This document shows, one piece after another, positions 7,962 to 15,657 of a stretch of 64,000 nucleotides of DNA; position 1 is the stretch's first letter, and each line of letters starts with the position of its first letter. The position numbers and the translations under genes are program-made. Below the pieces are notes generated by a model. That model was not told the DNA's origin and did no database searches. It saw only the letters and a list, made by a program, of their open reading frames with translations. This DNA is from Bacteroidota bacterium (GTDB taxonomy: Bacteria > Bacteroidota > Bacteroidia > UBA7662 > CANHCV01): contig CANHCV010000001.1 of NCBI GenBank assembly GCA_947459245.1, positions 25,364-89,363 on the forward strand, written 5' to 3'.

Positions 7962-9341
7962 ATGGAAAATTTAGCAGTCTACATCGAAACCCACAAAGAG
8001 AAATTCTTACAAGAATTGTTTACTTTTTTAAGAATTCCATCGGTCAGTGCCAATCCGAGTTACAGCGAGGATGTCTATGAAGCGGCCGACTTTCTAAAAA
8101 AACAATTGGAAAGTTTGGGGGCTGATAATGTAGAAATTTGCCCAACAGATGGATTTCCCATTGTATTCGGTGAGAAAATCATCGATCCTTCTCTACCTAC
8201 AGTTTTGGTTTATGGCCACTACGATGTTCAGCCTGCAGAGCCCTTCGAACTATGGACCACTCCTCCGTTTGAACCTGTTGTTCGCAAAACCGATATTCAT
8301 CCCGATGGAGCCATCTTCGCTCGAGGTGCTTGCGACGACAAAGGACAGATGTTCATGCACATCAAAGCATTCGAAGCGATGATCGCTACCCAAACATTGC
8401 CCTGCAACGTTAAATTCTTATTGGAAGGAGAAGAAGAAGTAGGATCGATTAACCTTGGTCCATTTGTGGAAGCGAATCGGGACCGTCTAAAAGCAGACGT
8501 GGTTTTGATTTCCGACACCGGAATGATCTCGAACGATGTTCCATCCATTACGATGGGATTGAGGGGATTATCGTATTTGGAGGTTGAAGTAACCGGCCCC
8601 AATCGTGACTTGCATTCTGGATTGTATGGAGGGGCCGTTGCCAATCCCATCAATGTACTGTGCGAAATGATTGCTTCCTTAAAAGATGAACAAGGGAAAA
8701 TCAACATTCCAGGATTTTACAATTCGGTAGAAGAGTTAAGCGATGATGAGCGAAAACTCATTCAGGAAATTCCTTTCAATTTGGAAGAATACAAAAAAGC
8801 TTTGGCCCTACCCGATATTGCTGGAGAGGACGGGTATCATACCCTCGAGCGAGCCGCCACCCGACCAACGTTGGATGTAAACGGCATTTGGGGCGGCTAT
8901 ACCGGAGATGGAGCCAAAACGGTTATCCCATCGAAAGCTTATGCAAAAATTAGCATGAGATTAGTGCCGCATCAAACTCCCGACGAAATTACCCAATTGT
9001 TCAAAGCCCATTTCGAATCCATTGCTCCATCGGGCGTAAAAGTAGCGGTGCATCCCCACCACGGAGGATTTCCAGCCGTTACACCCATCGATTCAAAAGC
9101 ATACCATGCTGCAAGCAAGGCCATTGAAATGACCTACGGAAAAAAACCTCTTCCAGTACGTTCAGGTGGATCCATCCCCATTGTGGCCATGTTTGAAGAA
9201 AAATTAAACATCAAAACCGTACTATTAGGTTTCGGACTGGATTCAGATGCAATCCATTCCCCCAATGAACACTATGGTTTGTTTAACTTCTACCAAGGGA
9301 TCAAAACCATTCCCTACTTCTTTCAGTATTTTTCGGAATAA
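7962..9341 (+). CDS. M20-family metallo-dipeptidase (PepV/CNDP-like)
   Basis: ATG at 7962 (MENLAVYIETHKEKFL...). Motifs YGHYDVQPAEP, GACDDKG, LLEGEEEVGS. Length ~460 aa. Confidence 0.85.
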   Translation: MENLAVYIETHKEKFLQELFTFLRIPSVSANPSYSEDVYEAADFLKKQLESLGADNVEICPTDGFPIVFGEKIIDPSLPTVLVYGHYDVQPAEPFELWTTPPFEPVVRKTDIHPDGAIFARGACDDKGQMFMHIKAFEAMIATQTLPCNVKFLLEGEEEVGSINLGPFVEANRDRLKADVVLISDTGMISNDVPSITMGLRGLSYLEVEVTGPNRDLHSGLYGGAVANPINVLCEMIASLKDEQGKINIPGFYNSVEELSDDERKLIQEIPFNLEEYKKALALPDIAGEDGYHTLERAATRPTLDVNGIWGGYTGDGAKTVIPSKAYAKISMRLVPHQTPDEITQLFKAHFESIAPSGVKVAVHPHHGGFPAVTPIDSKAYHAASKAIEMTYGKKPLPVRSGGSIPIVAMFEEKLNIKTVLLGFGLDSDAIHSPNEHYGLFNFYQGIKTIPYFFQYFSE

Positions 9342-9356
9342 CACCGTTTCAATAAG

Positions 9357-9390
9357 TAAAAAAGGGAGCAAGTTGCTCCCTTTTTTACTT
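9357..9390 (+). terminator. Rho-independent terminator after the peptidase gene
   Basis: AAAAGGGAGCAAGTTGCTCCCTTTTTT hairpin plus T-run. Confidence 0.7.
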
Positions 9391-9482
9391 ATTGAAATTC
9401 TAACACTTCCATCCGACTTCCCAAATACGCAAGCCAAAAAAGAAATGGAGTTTAGAGGATAATGGGGGAAATGTGCATCAAA

Positions 9483-9510
9483 AAAAAGGGTGGCTTTCGC
9501 CACCCGTAGA
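9483..9510 (-). terminator. Rho-independent terminator for the minus-strand T9SS cargo gene
   Basis: GGGTGGC-TTTC-GCCACCC hairpin. Reads as hairpin plus T-run on the minus strand, immediately 3' of the gene. Confidence 0.65.
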
Positions 9511-9512
9511 TT

Positions 9513-11630
9513 TTATTTTACCACTTTTAGAACTCCTTGGATGTTCTTTCCGCTGGATGGTTCTACCAAATAAAAATAGGTTCCTTCAGAAGCATCGGTT
9601 CCCCAATCGTTCTGATAGTCTTCTGATTTGTAAACCGGTTGACCCCAACGATTGTAAATGGTTAATTTGGTACGTGGCCAGAACTTCAAGCCATCGATTT
9701 CAAAAAGATCGTTTGCACCATCGCCATTTGGGGTAATAACGTTATAGGTTTTCAATTGACGAACGGGCACTTCAAATCCAACCCAGTTGGAGTACGTTCT
9801 TTTTTGAGCACCGCCCACTTGGTCGGAAATAACACGAACAAGGTACTTTCCAGCTTCCAAAGGTTTCACCAAGGAATCACCCAAAGAGGTGGTATTGATC
9901 ACTGGAGAAGTAGTAGTAAATGCTGGAGGAGTAAACTCTGGAGAAATTTGAACGGTGTACGAAGGGCTATTCCAACCTACGTACTGATTCCAAGAAATAT
10001 TTGCCTTAAATTCATCGGGGATATTATTGGGATCGTAGGTAAAGTGAATGTTATAAATGGAATCGTTGATTGGTGTTTCAACTCCCGTTCTCAAAGTTAC
10101 GGTGATGGTATACAGCGCCGTATCTTTATCTACATTGATGTCGTTATCCTTGAAGATTCGAACAGCAGGGTTGGTTTCTTCATGGATCAAAGACCAGGGG
10201 TCTGAAGCTGAAGCTTTCTTATAAATATTGAATGACTTGAAGTAGTTGTAATCCAAAGCGGCACTGGGGTCAGCCCATTCCACAAATACGCCTTTATTCG
10301 TAATGGAATCAACTGTAACGTTCAATAGATCTTGGGGATCGTTGTACTCGTAGCAATTGTTCACCACAATTCGAATGGTATCGAATTCATTCATGAATTT
10401 CTTACACTTGTTACCGAACGTATCACCATCGCGTCCTTTTTTCACGTAAAGTTTGTACACTCCATTTCGATTGAGTGGATTACGGAATTTAAGGAGCATG
10501 TTTCGGGTTTTGAAAATCCCCGGACTTGAAATTTGATTGCAAAGAATGGGTTGAGCCCAAAGCATGGGAATTTGTTGGTTGGAGGGAGCCAACAAACGGA
10601 ACTCCGTTGCATCGGTAGTAACCGTGTTGCAGGTTACATCTACGTTAAAAGTAAGGGGAATGGAATCTGTAAAACAGTCAACAGTGAAGTTGTTGGGGCG
10701 GAAATTAGGACGAACATTATCGCAATAGGCCGGAGTATTTTGGAAATAATACTGAAGATCTAGGTTATTCGTGCCCGCCAAAACCCATGTTTTTTGCCCG
10801 GTAGCACTATCAACTCTAGTCAATCGCCAATCTTGAACCATGAATGCAAAAATTCCGATCTGAATGGCGGGGGTTGGTGTGATGTACATAATCCCGCGGG
10901 TGGAATCAATTCGAATGTTTGTTCCCGGTTGAAGGGCGATTGGAGCTTGAAATGTTCTACCTGCATTGTACATTACGTTTACGCCAGTTGCATTGATATT
11001 GAATGCTCCAGGACCTGTTTTCGCAGGAACCATGTAGAAGGAAAGTGAGTCGCGATCTGGATCGAATGGACCAAGGTCAAATTCAATGGGCTGACCAGCG
11101 CAATATCCTGGAAGATAGAAATTTTGAGAACGTGCATTGGAATTTTTTGGAACCAAGGTATCGTTCAAGTACGATTCTACGTAAGCGTCTCCGGAGTTGG
11201 TTGTTGCGTTGGTGTTACGGCAACATTGAACTTGGTGACCAAAAACGAATTGACGACAGTTGAATGGTACGTTTGTTGGCACGGTCCAAATTCCAGAGAA
11301 AACAAATTTCTCCAATCCGTAACGAGTACCTCCCTCACAAGTCGTTGGCGGTAAGTTTAGTTTACACTCATCGGGCAGTGCGCGGTTGGTTGAACCCGTA
11401 CTCTGAAGGTTAACGTTGAAGGTACCGGTTTGCCCGCATCGACTCCTCCAAGTGATGGGGGCAGAGGTAATTCCCAAGGTAATTCCCGAACAATCCCGGT
11501 AAAGAACCAAGGTTACTCGGTACTGGTTACTGCTGATGGGATCATAATAAATGGTTGCTCCAGCAATGTGAGAAGCAAAAATCTCGTAGGAGAAGAATGA
11601 AAGAAAGAAAAGTAAAACTAGTTTCTTCAT
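9513..11630 (-). CDS. Large secreted protein with a C-terminal T9SS type-B sorting domain (gliding-motility-associated CTD); probable surface adhesin
   Basis: Start at internal ATG (MKKLVLLFFLSFFSYEIFA = signal peptide). C-terminus TPNGDGANDLFEIDG...IYNRWGQPVYKSEDYQNDWGTDASEGTYFYLV matches the TIGR04131-type CTD. Cys-rich N-terminal region. Confidence 0.8.
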   Translation of the reverse strand: MKKLVLLFFLSFFSYEIFASHIAGATIYYDPISSNQYRVTLVLYRDCSGITLGITSAPITWRSRCGQTGTFNVNLQSTGSTNRALPDECKLNLPPTTCEGGTRYGLEKFVFSGIWTVPTNVPFNCRQFVFGHQVQCCRNTNATTNSGDAYVESYLNDTLVPKNSNARSQNFYLPGYCAGQPIEFDLGPFDPDRDSLSFYMVPAKTGPGAFNINATGVNVMYNAGRTFQAPIALQPGTNIRIDSTRGIMYITPTPAIQIGIFAFMVQDWRLTRVDSATGQKTWVLAGTNNLDLQYYFQNTPAYCDNVRPNFRPNNFTVDCFTDSIPLTFNVDVTCNTVTTDATEFRLLAPSNQQIPMLWAQPILCNQISSPGIFKTRNMLLKFRNPLNRNGVYKLYVKKGRDGDTFGNKCKKFMNEFDTIRIVVNNCYEYNDPQDLLNVTVDSITNKGVFVEWADPSAALDYNYFKSFNIYKKASASDPWSLIHEETNPAVRIFKDNDINVDKDTALYTITVTLRTGVETPINDSIYNIHFTYDPNNIPDEFKANISWNQYVGWNSPSYTVQISPEFTPPAFTTTSPVINTTSLGDSLVKPLEAGKYLVRVISDQVGGAQKRTYSNWVGFEVPVRQLKTYNVITPNGDGANDLFEIDGLKFWPRTKLTIYNRWGQPVYKSEDYQNDWGTDASEGTYFYLVEPSSGKNIQGVLKVVK

Positions 11631-11696
11631 GAGGGTTGGTTTACAAAACACTAAGTTAAGTTTTTTTTTCAAAATTGCTAAACTTCTACCACAAAA

Positions 11697-11727
11697 TTTG
11701 ACACCCGTCAAAAAAAAATTACCTTTG
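11697..11727 (+). promoter_or_regulatory. sigmaA-type promoter (TTG N20 TACCTTTG) abutting the peroxidase ATG
   Basis: TTG at 11697-11699 and TACCTTTG at 11720-11727. ATG at 11732, so a leaderless or near-leaderless transcript is predicted. Confidence 0.45.
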
Positions 11728-11731
11728 CTCC

Positions 11732-12742
11732 ATGAAAATCGGCTTCTTTTTTTCGGTTGTTGCAGCTTTTTTCATTGTTTTCTCATCGAATTTTTTGACA
11801 AAAGAGATCGAAAGCAAACCCAAAAAAGCTTTTTCATTTCCTTCCATCGATTCGCTGGATGAGGTTGTTTTGGGCGAATTGTTGTTTAACGACCCCATTC
11901 TTTCGTTGGATTCCTCCATTTCTTGTGCTTCTTGCCACATCAAAACCTTCGCCTTTGCCGATACCGTGCCTCTTTCCAAAGGAATGAACGGAACATTCGG
12001 CAAAAGAAATGCTCCTTCCGTAATGAATACCGCTTCTCGAGCATCCCTTTTTTGGGATGGAAGGGCAACATCTTTGGAGCACCAAATGCATTTCCCGGTT
12101 CAAGACGGACTTGAGATGGCTCTAAAGTTTTCAGAAGCGGTGAAACGGGTTACCAAGCACCCTTTTTATTCCAAAGCCTTTCAAAAGGTTTACCAGCATC
12201 AGCCCGATTCTTCTACCATTGTTTCGGCCATTGCGGCATTTGAAAAAAGCTTGGAAACCATCAATACACCCAACGATCGTTGGATGGAAGACGACACTTT
12301 GAATGGACGGGGATTAACGCCTCAACAAATCAGCGGACGGAATGTCTTCCGTTCAGATAAAGCGAAATGCTTGGATTGCCATTTTACACCCGATTTTACC
12401 GGAGATGAATTCTGGAACATTGGCCTTTTCAACGGCAAAGAGTTGAACGATTCCGGGCGTTTCACCATTACCCATGATCCCAAAGACATCGGGAAATTTA
12501 AAGTTCCAGGACTGAGAAATGTTGCCGTTACTGCTCCTTACATGCACAACGGCATGTTTAAAACGCTGAAGGAGGTGATCGAATACTACGATAACCCTTC
12601 AAAATTCATCAAAAATCCCATCAATCTCGATCATCGTTTATCGAAACCATTGGGCTTATCTGCTCAAGAAAAAGCTGATTTAGAAGCCTTTTTGCGATCC
12701 TTAACCGACGACCAATTCGCCAACCAATTCCCGAACCGATGA
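11732..12742 (+). CDS. Di-haem cytochrome c peroxidase (CCP/MauG family)
   Basis: Signal/TM N-terminus. Two CxxCH motifs (CASCH, CLDCH). FWDGRA and PYMHNG motifs typical of bacterial CCP. Confidence 0.85.
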   Translation: MKIGFFFSVVAAFFIVFSSNFLTKEIESKPKKAFSFPSIDSLDEVVLGELLFNDPILSLDSSISCASCHIKTFAFADTVPLSKGMNGTFGKRNAPSVMNTASRASLFWDGRATSLEHQMHFPVQDGLEMALKFSEAVKRVTKHPFYSKAFQKVYQHQPDSSTIVSAIAAFEKSLETINTPNDRWMEDDTLNGRGLTPQQISGRNVFRSDKAKCLDCHFTPDFTGDEFWNIGLFNGKELNDSGRFTITHDPKDIGKFKVPGLRNVAVTAPYMHNGMFKTLKEVIEYYDNPSKFIKNPINLDHRLSKPLGLSAQEKADLEAFLRSLTDDQFANQFPNR

Positions 12743-13770
12743 ACAAAGATATTCGCCTCCTTTCGTTGGAGGAACTAGAAAATGCAGTGGTGGAATTGGG
12801 GGAACCAAAATTTCGCGCGAAACAAATTTTCGAATGGATTTGGAAAAAGAAATCTGTAGATTTCGATTCCATGACCAACCTTTCCATAGGTTTAAGAGAA
12901 AAACTCAACGCAAATTTTTTGTTCAACACCATGAAGGTTGAAACATCCCAACGCAGTTCGGATGGAACCTTTAAGTTAAGGTTTGAACTGCACGACGGAC
13001 ATTTTATTGAGGGGGTTCTAATTCCTACCGAAGACCGAATGACGGCATGTGTAAGTTCGCAAGTGGGATGCAGTTTAACGTGTAAATTCTGTGCTACCGG
13101 ATACATGTCCAGAAAACGCAACCTCGATCCGGCAGAAATTTTTGATCAAGTGGTTCACATCAATCAATTGGCAGAACGGGAATACGGCATGAACCTTTCG
13201 AACATCGTTTTCATGGGCATGGGAGAACCGTTGCTCAACTACGCCAACGTGATGAAAGGGATTGAACTCCTCACCTCCCCTTCCGGCCTGGGAATGTCGC
13301 CAAGCCGAATTACCGTTAGCACGGCCGGCGTTGCGAAAATGATTCGAAAGTTGGCCGATGATGATGTTCGTTTCAATTTAGCCCTATCATTGCATGCGGC
13401 CAACGATGAAAAAAGAAACACCATCATGCCGATCAACGAAACCAACAGCTTGGAAGTATTGGAGGAGGCACTGACTTATTTTTATCAAAAAACGAAAAAC
13501 AAAATCACCTTCGAGTACATCACTTTCAACCATTTCAACGATGGGGAACAGGACGCTCGGGAGTTAGCTAAAATTTGCCGACAGTTCCCCGCAAAGGTGA
13601 ACATCATTGAATACAACCCCATCGATCAGGTTGATTTTACCAAATCTGACTCGGACCGCATTGATCGATTTGCCATTGCGCTTCGGAAACTGGGAATCAT
13701 GGTTTCCGTTCGCCGCAGTCGCGGCAAAGACATCGATGCTGCTTGTGGGCAATTGGCGAATAAAGGGTGA
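12739..13770 (+). CDS. rlmN: 23S rRNA (adenine2503-C2)-methyltransferase RlmN (radical SAM)
   Basis: CxxxCxxC radical-SAM motif (CSLTCKFCATG). Conserved RlmN N-terminus (FRAKQIFEWIW) and C-terminal Cys. 4-bp overlap with the upstream gene. Confidence 0.9.
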   Translation: MNKDIRLLSLEELENAVVELGEPKFRAKQIFEWIWKKKSVDFDSMTNLSIGLREKLNANFLFNTMKVETSQRSSDGTFKLRFELHDGHFIEGVLIPTEDRMTACVSSQVGCSLTCKFCATGYMSRKRNLDPAEIFDQVVHINQLAEREYGMNLSNIVFMGMGEPLLNYANVMKGIELLTSPSGLGMSPSRITVSTAGVAKMIRKLADDDVRFNLALSLHAANDEKRNTIMPINETNSLEVLEEALTYFYQKTKNKITFEYITFNHFNDGEQDARELAKICRQFPAKVNIIEYNPIDQVDFTKSDSDRIDRFAIALRKLGIMVSVRRSRGKDIDAACGQLANKG

Positions 13771-14213
13771 AAAAGAATTCCATCATACAAGCCTTGCTTC
13801 AAGAACTTGAAGAACGAAAAGCATCCATTGAAAAGGATCTAGCTGCCATCGAAGAATCCAAAAACAACGATACGAAAAGCAGCATGGGCGACAAGTATGA
13901 AACTTCCCGAGAAATGGCCCAAGCAGAATTGAACAAATTGCAAGAACGAAAGGGCCAAATCGCTCTTCAAATTCATCAATTGCAACAAATCCAAACCGAA
14001 AGCCCTCAACAAATGGTTGCCCAGGGCTCTTTGGTCATCACTCCTACGCTCCAATTACTTTTTGCTATCCCCTTCGGAAAATTCACGTTCAACGGAGAGC
14101 CTTGGATGGTCGTTTCCTTGCAATCTCCCATTGGTCAAGCATTTGCAGGAAAAAAAAACGGAGAAGTAGTCCATTTCAATCAAACCACCTTTCCCATTCA
14201 CCATTTGGAATAG
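13767..14213 (+). CDS. GreA/GreB-family-like small protein (coiled-coil N-terminus plus FKBP-like C-terminal domain)
   Basis: GTG start overlapping the rlmN stop. C-terminus VSLQSPIGQAFAGKKNGEVVHF resembles the GreA/Rnk C-terminal motif (SPLGxALLGKxxGDxV). Confidence 0.45.
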   Translation: MKKNSIIQALLQELEERKASIEKDLAAIEESKNNDTKSSMGDKYETSREMAQAELNKLQERKGQIALQIHQLQQIQTESPQQMVAQGSLVITPTLQLLFAIPFGKFTFNGEPWMVVSLQSPIGQAFAGKKNGEVVHFNQTTFPIHHLE

Positions 14214-14262
14214 AGAATTTTAGTCCACGCTTTCCGTTTCATCCCTATCTTGTCTAAAAAAA

Positions 14263-14676
14263 ATGATCCAAGAATGTTGGTTAAATCTTCCTGTTGAAGA
14301 TGTTCAAAAATCGAAATCTTTTTTTCAATCCTTGGGATTTTCCTTTCAGGAAGACCAAAGCCAGGGCCCCAATTCAGCCTTGATGTTGGTGGGAAGCAAG
14401 CCGGTTATTGTGATGCTTTTTCAACAAGAAATCTTTAAAAATTTTATCGGCGGACCCGTTTCTAATCTTCACCTTGGCAATGAAATTTTAATTTCTATTG
14501 ATGCGCCCAACCGCGAAACCGTGGTGGCCCAAGCCCAAAAAGCCCGAGAGTTGGGCGGTACTGTTTTCGGCGAACCCAGCGAAATTGATGGATGGATGTT
14601 CGGCTGCGGATTTACCGATTTGGACGGTCACAAATGGAACGTGTTGTACATGGACCAAGAGAAACGACCGTTTTGA
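14263..14676 (+). CDS. VOC/glyoxalase-family protein
   Basis: ~137 aa with a paired beta-alpha-beta-beta-beta-like pattern. Matches the PhnB/glyoxalase-like small-protein profile by eye. Moderate confidence. Confidence 0.5.
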   Translation: MIQECWLNLPVEDVQKSKSFFQSLGFSFQEDQSQGPNSALMLVGSKPVIVMLFQQEIFKNFIGGPVSNLHLGNEILISIDAPNRETVVAQAQKARELGGTVFGEPSEIDGWMFGCGFTDLDGHKWNVLYMDQEKRPF

Positions 14677-15657
14677 TCATTGAACCAGCAAATTACAACC
14701 CCTCACCTCGGCCGCATCGAAACGACCCATCACCTCAAACGACCCATCTTTCCAAACTTTCCCCACATCTCCCGTTGCTAAAAACGCACAAGATTGCAGG
14801 TTCCCCAAGTCGATGACTTGAAGTCCACCCGCTTGCCCAAAATCCAACAACTGCGTAGGAGCCAAGGGATCTCGAACCAAGATTTTCATCCATGGCGCTG
14901 GCAGGAACCTTCCCGATTCGGGTTGGAAGTACGCTTGCGACATCAATTCCGTCATTCCGTACTCGCTAAAAATTTGGCTCACCCCCAAGCCCTTTTTCAA
15001 AACCTCATGCAATTCATTTCGGGTGATTTCTTTTCTTCTTCCCTTCATACCACCCGTTTCAACTACGATATCCTCAGCATTCAAAGTCAATCGTTGATTT
15101 TCTGCGGCCTCCAACAAGGCAAACGTTACCCCGAGTAGAATGATTCGATGCCCTTTTTGCCTTGCATCCTGAATGGCTTGATTCAACGCCTCCCACTGGT
15201 TTAAATAAAATCCCGATGGTTGGGCAGCATGCTTCATCACTTCTTCCATCATGGACACCAACCCCGATCCTTGACGTTCCAAATAACCGGGTAGAAGGGA
15301 AAAAATGGAGGTATTTGACAGAGATCCGAATTGATTTTCAAACAATTCCAAGCAAATAGAAAGGTAATCTTGAAGAAATCGAATGGAGTGGATGGATGCC
15401 ACTTGGCCTGTAGTACCCGAAGAGGTAAACCGAGTAGATTCGGGCCAATTTCCCGTAACTACTTTCCTGTTTTTAAAGGTTTCGATGGGTAAAAAAGGAA
15501 TTTTTTCTACCGAGGTAATTTGGTCAACCCGAATCTTTAAGGCGTCGCAAAATTCCCGATAAACGGTATTATTTTCCCACTGAAAGCGGAAAACTTCCAA
15601 AGCTGTTGAAGAAAAATCGAGAATGGAGCGTTGTTTAACTTCTTCCCAAGTCATCAA
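14677..15657 (-). CDS. LuxE/PaaK-like acyl-adenylate-forming enzyme (acyl-protein synthetase family)
   Basis: TSSGTTG P-loop-like adenylation motif. ~326 aa, typical of Bacteroidota LuxE-like proteins. Start overlaps the GH20 stop by 4 bp. Confidence 0.55.
   Translation of the reverse strand: MMTWEEVKQRSILDFSSTALEVFRFQWENNTVYREFCDALKIRVDQITSVEKIPFLPIETFKNRKVVTGNWPESTRFTSSGTTGQVASIHSIRFLQDYLSICLELFENQFGSLSNTSIFSLLPGYLERQGSGLVSMMEEVMKHAAQPSGFYLNQWEALNQAIQDARQKGHRIILLGVTFALLEAAENQRLTLNAEDIVVETGGMKGRRKEITRNELHEVLKKGLGVSQIFSEYGMTELMSQAYFQPESGRFLPAPWMKILVRDPLAPTQLLDFGQAGGLQVIDLGNLQSCAFLATGDVGKVWKDGSFEVMGRFDAAEVRGCNLLVQ

Noticed and set aside
9756-11354. Several 65-150-aa plus-strand ORFs
   Set aside because: All lie antisense within the large T9SS cargo gene. 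They have no signals or domains and are spurious.
12353-13121. Minus-strand ORFs of 64 and 166 aa
   Set aside because: They are antisense to the cytochrome c peroxidase and rlmN coding sequences, with no features.
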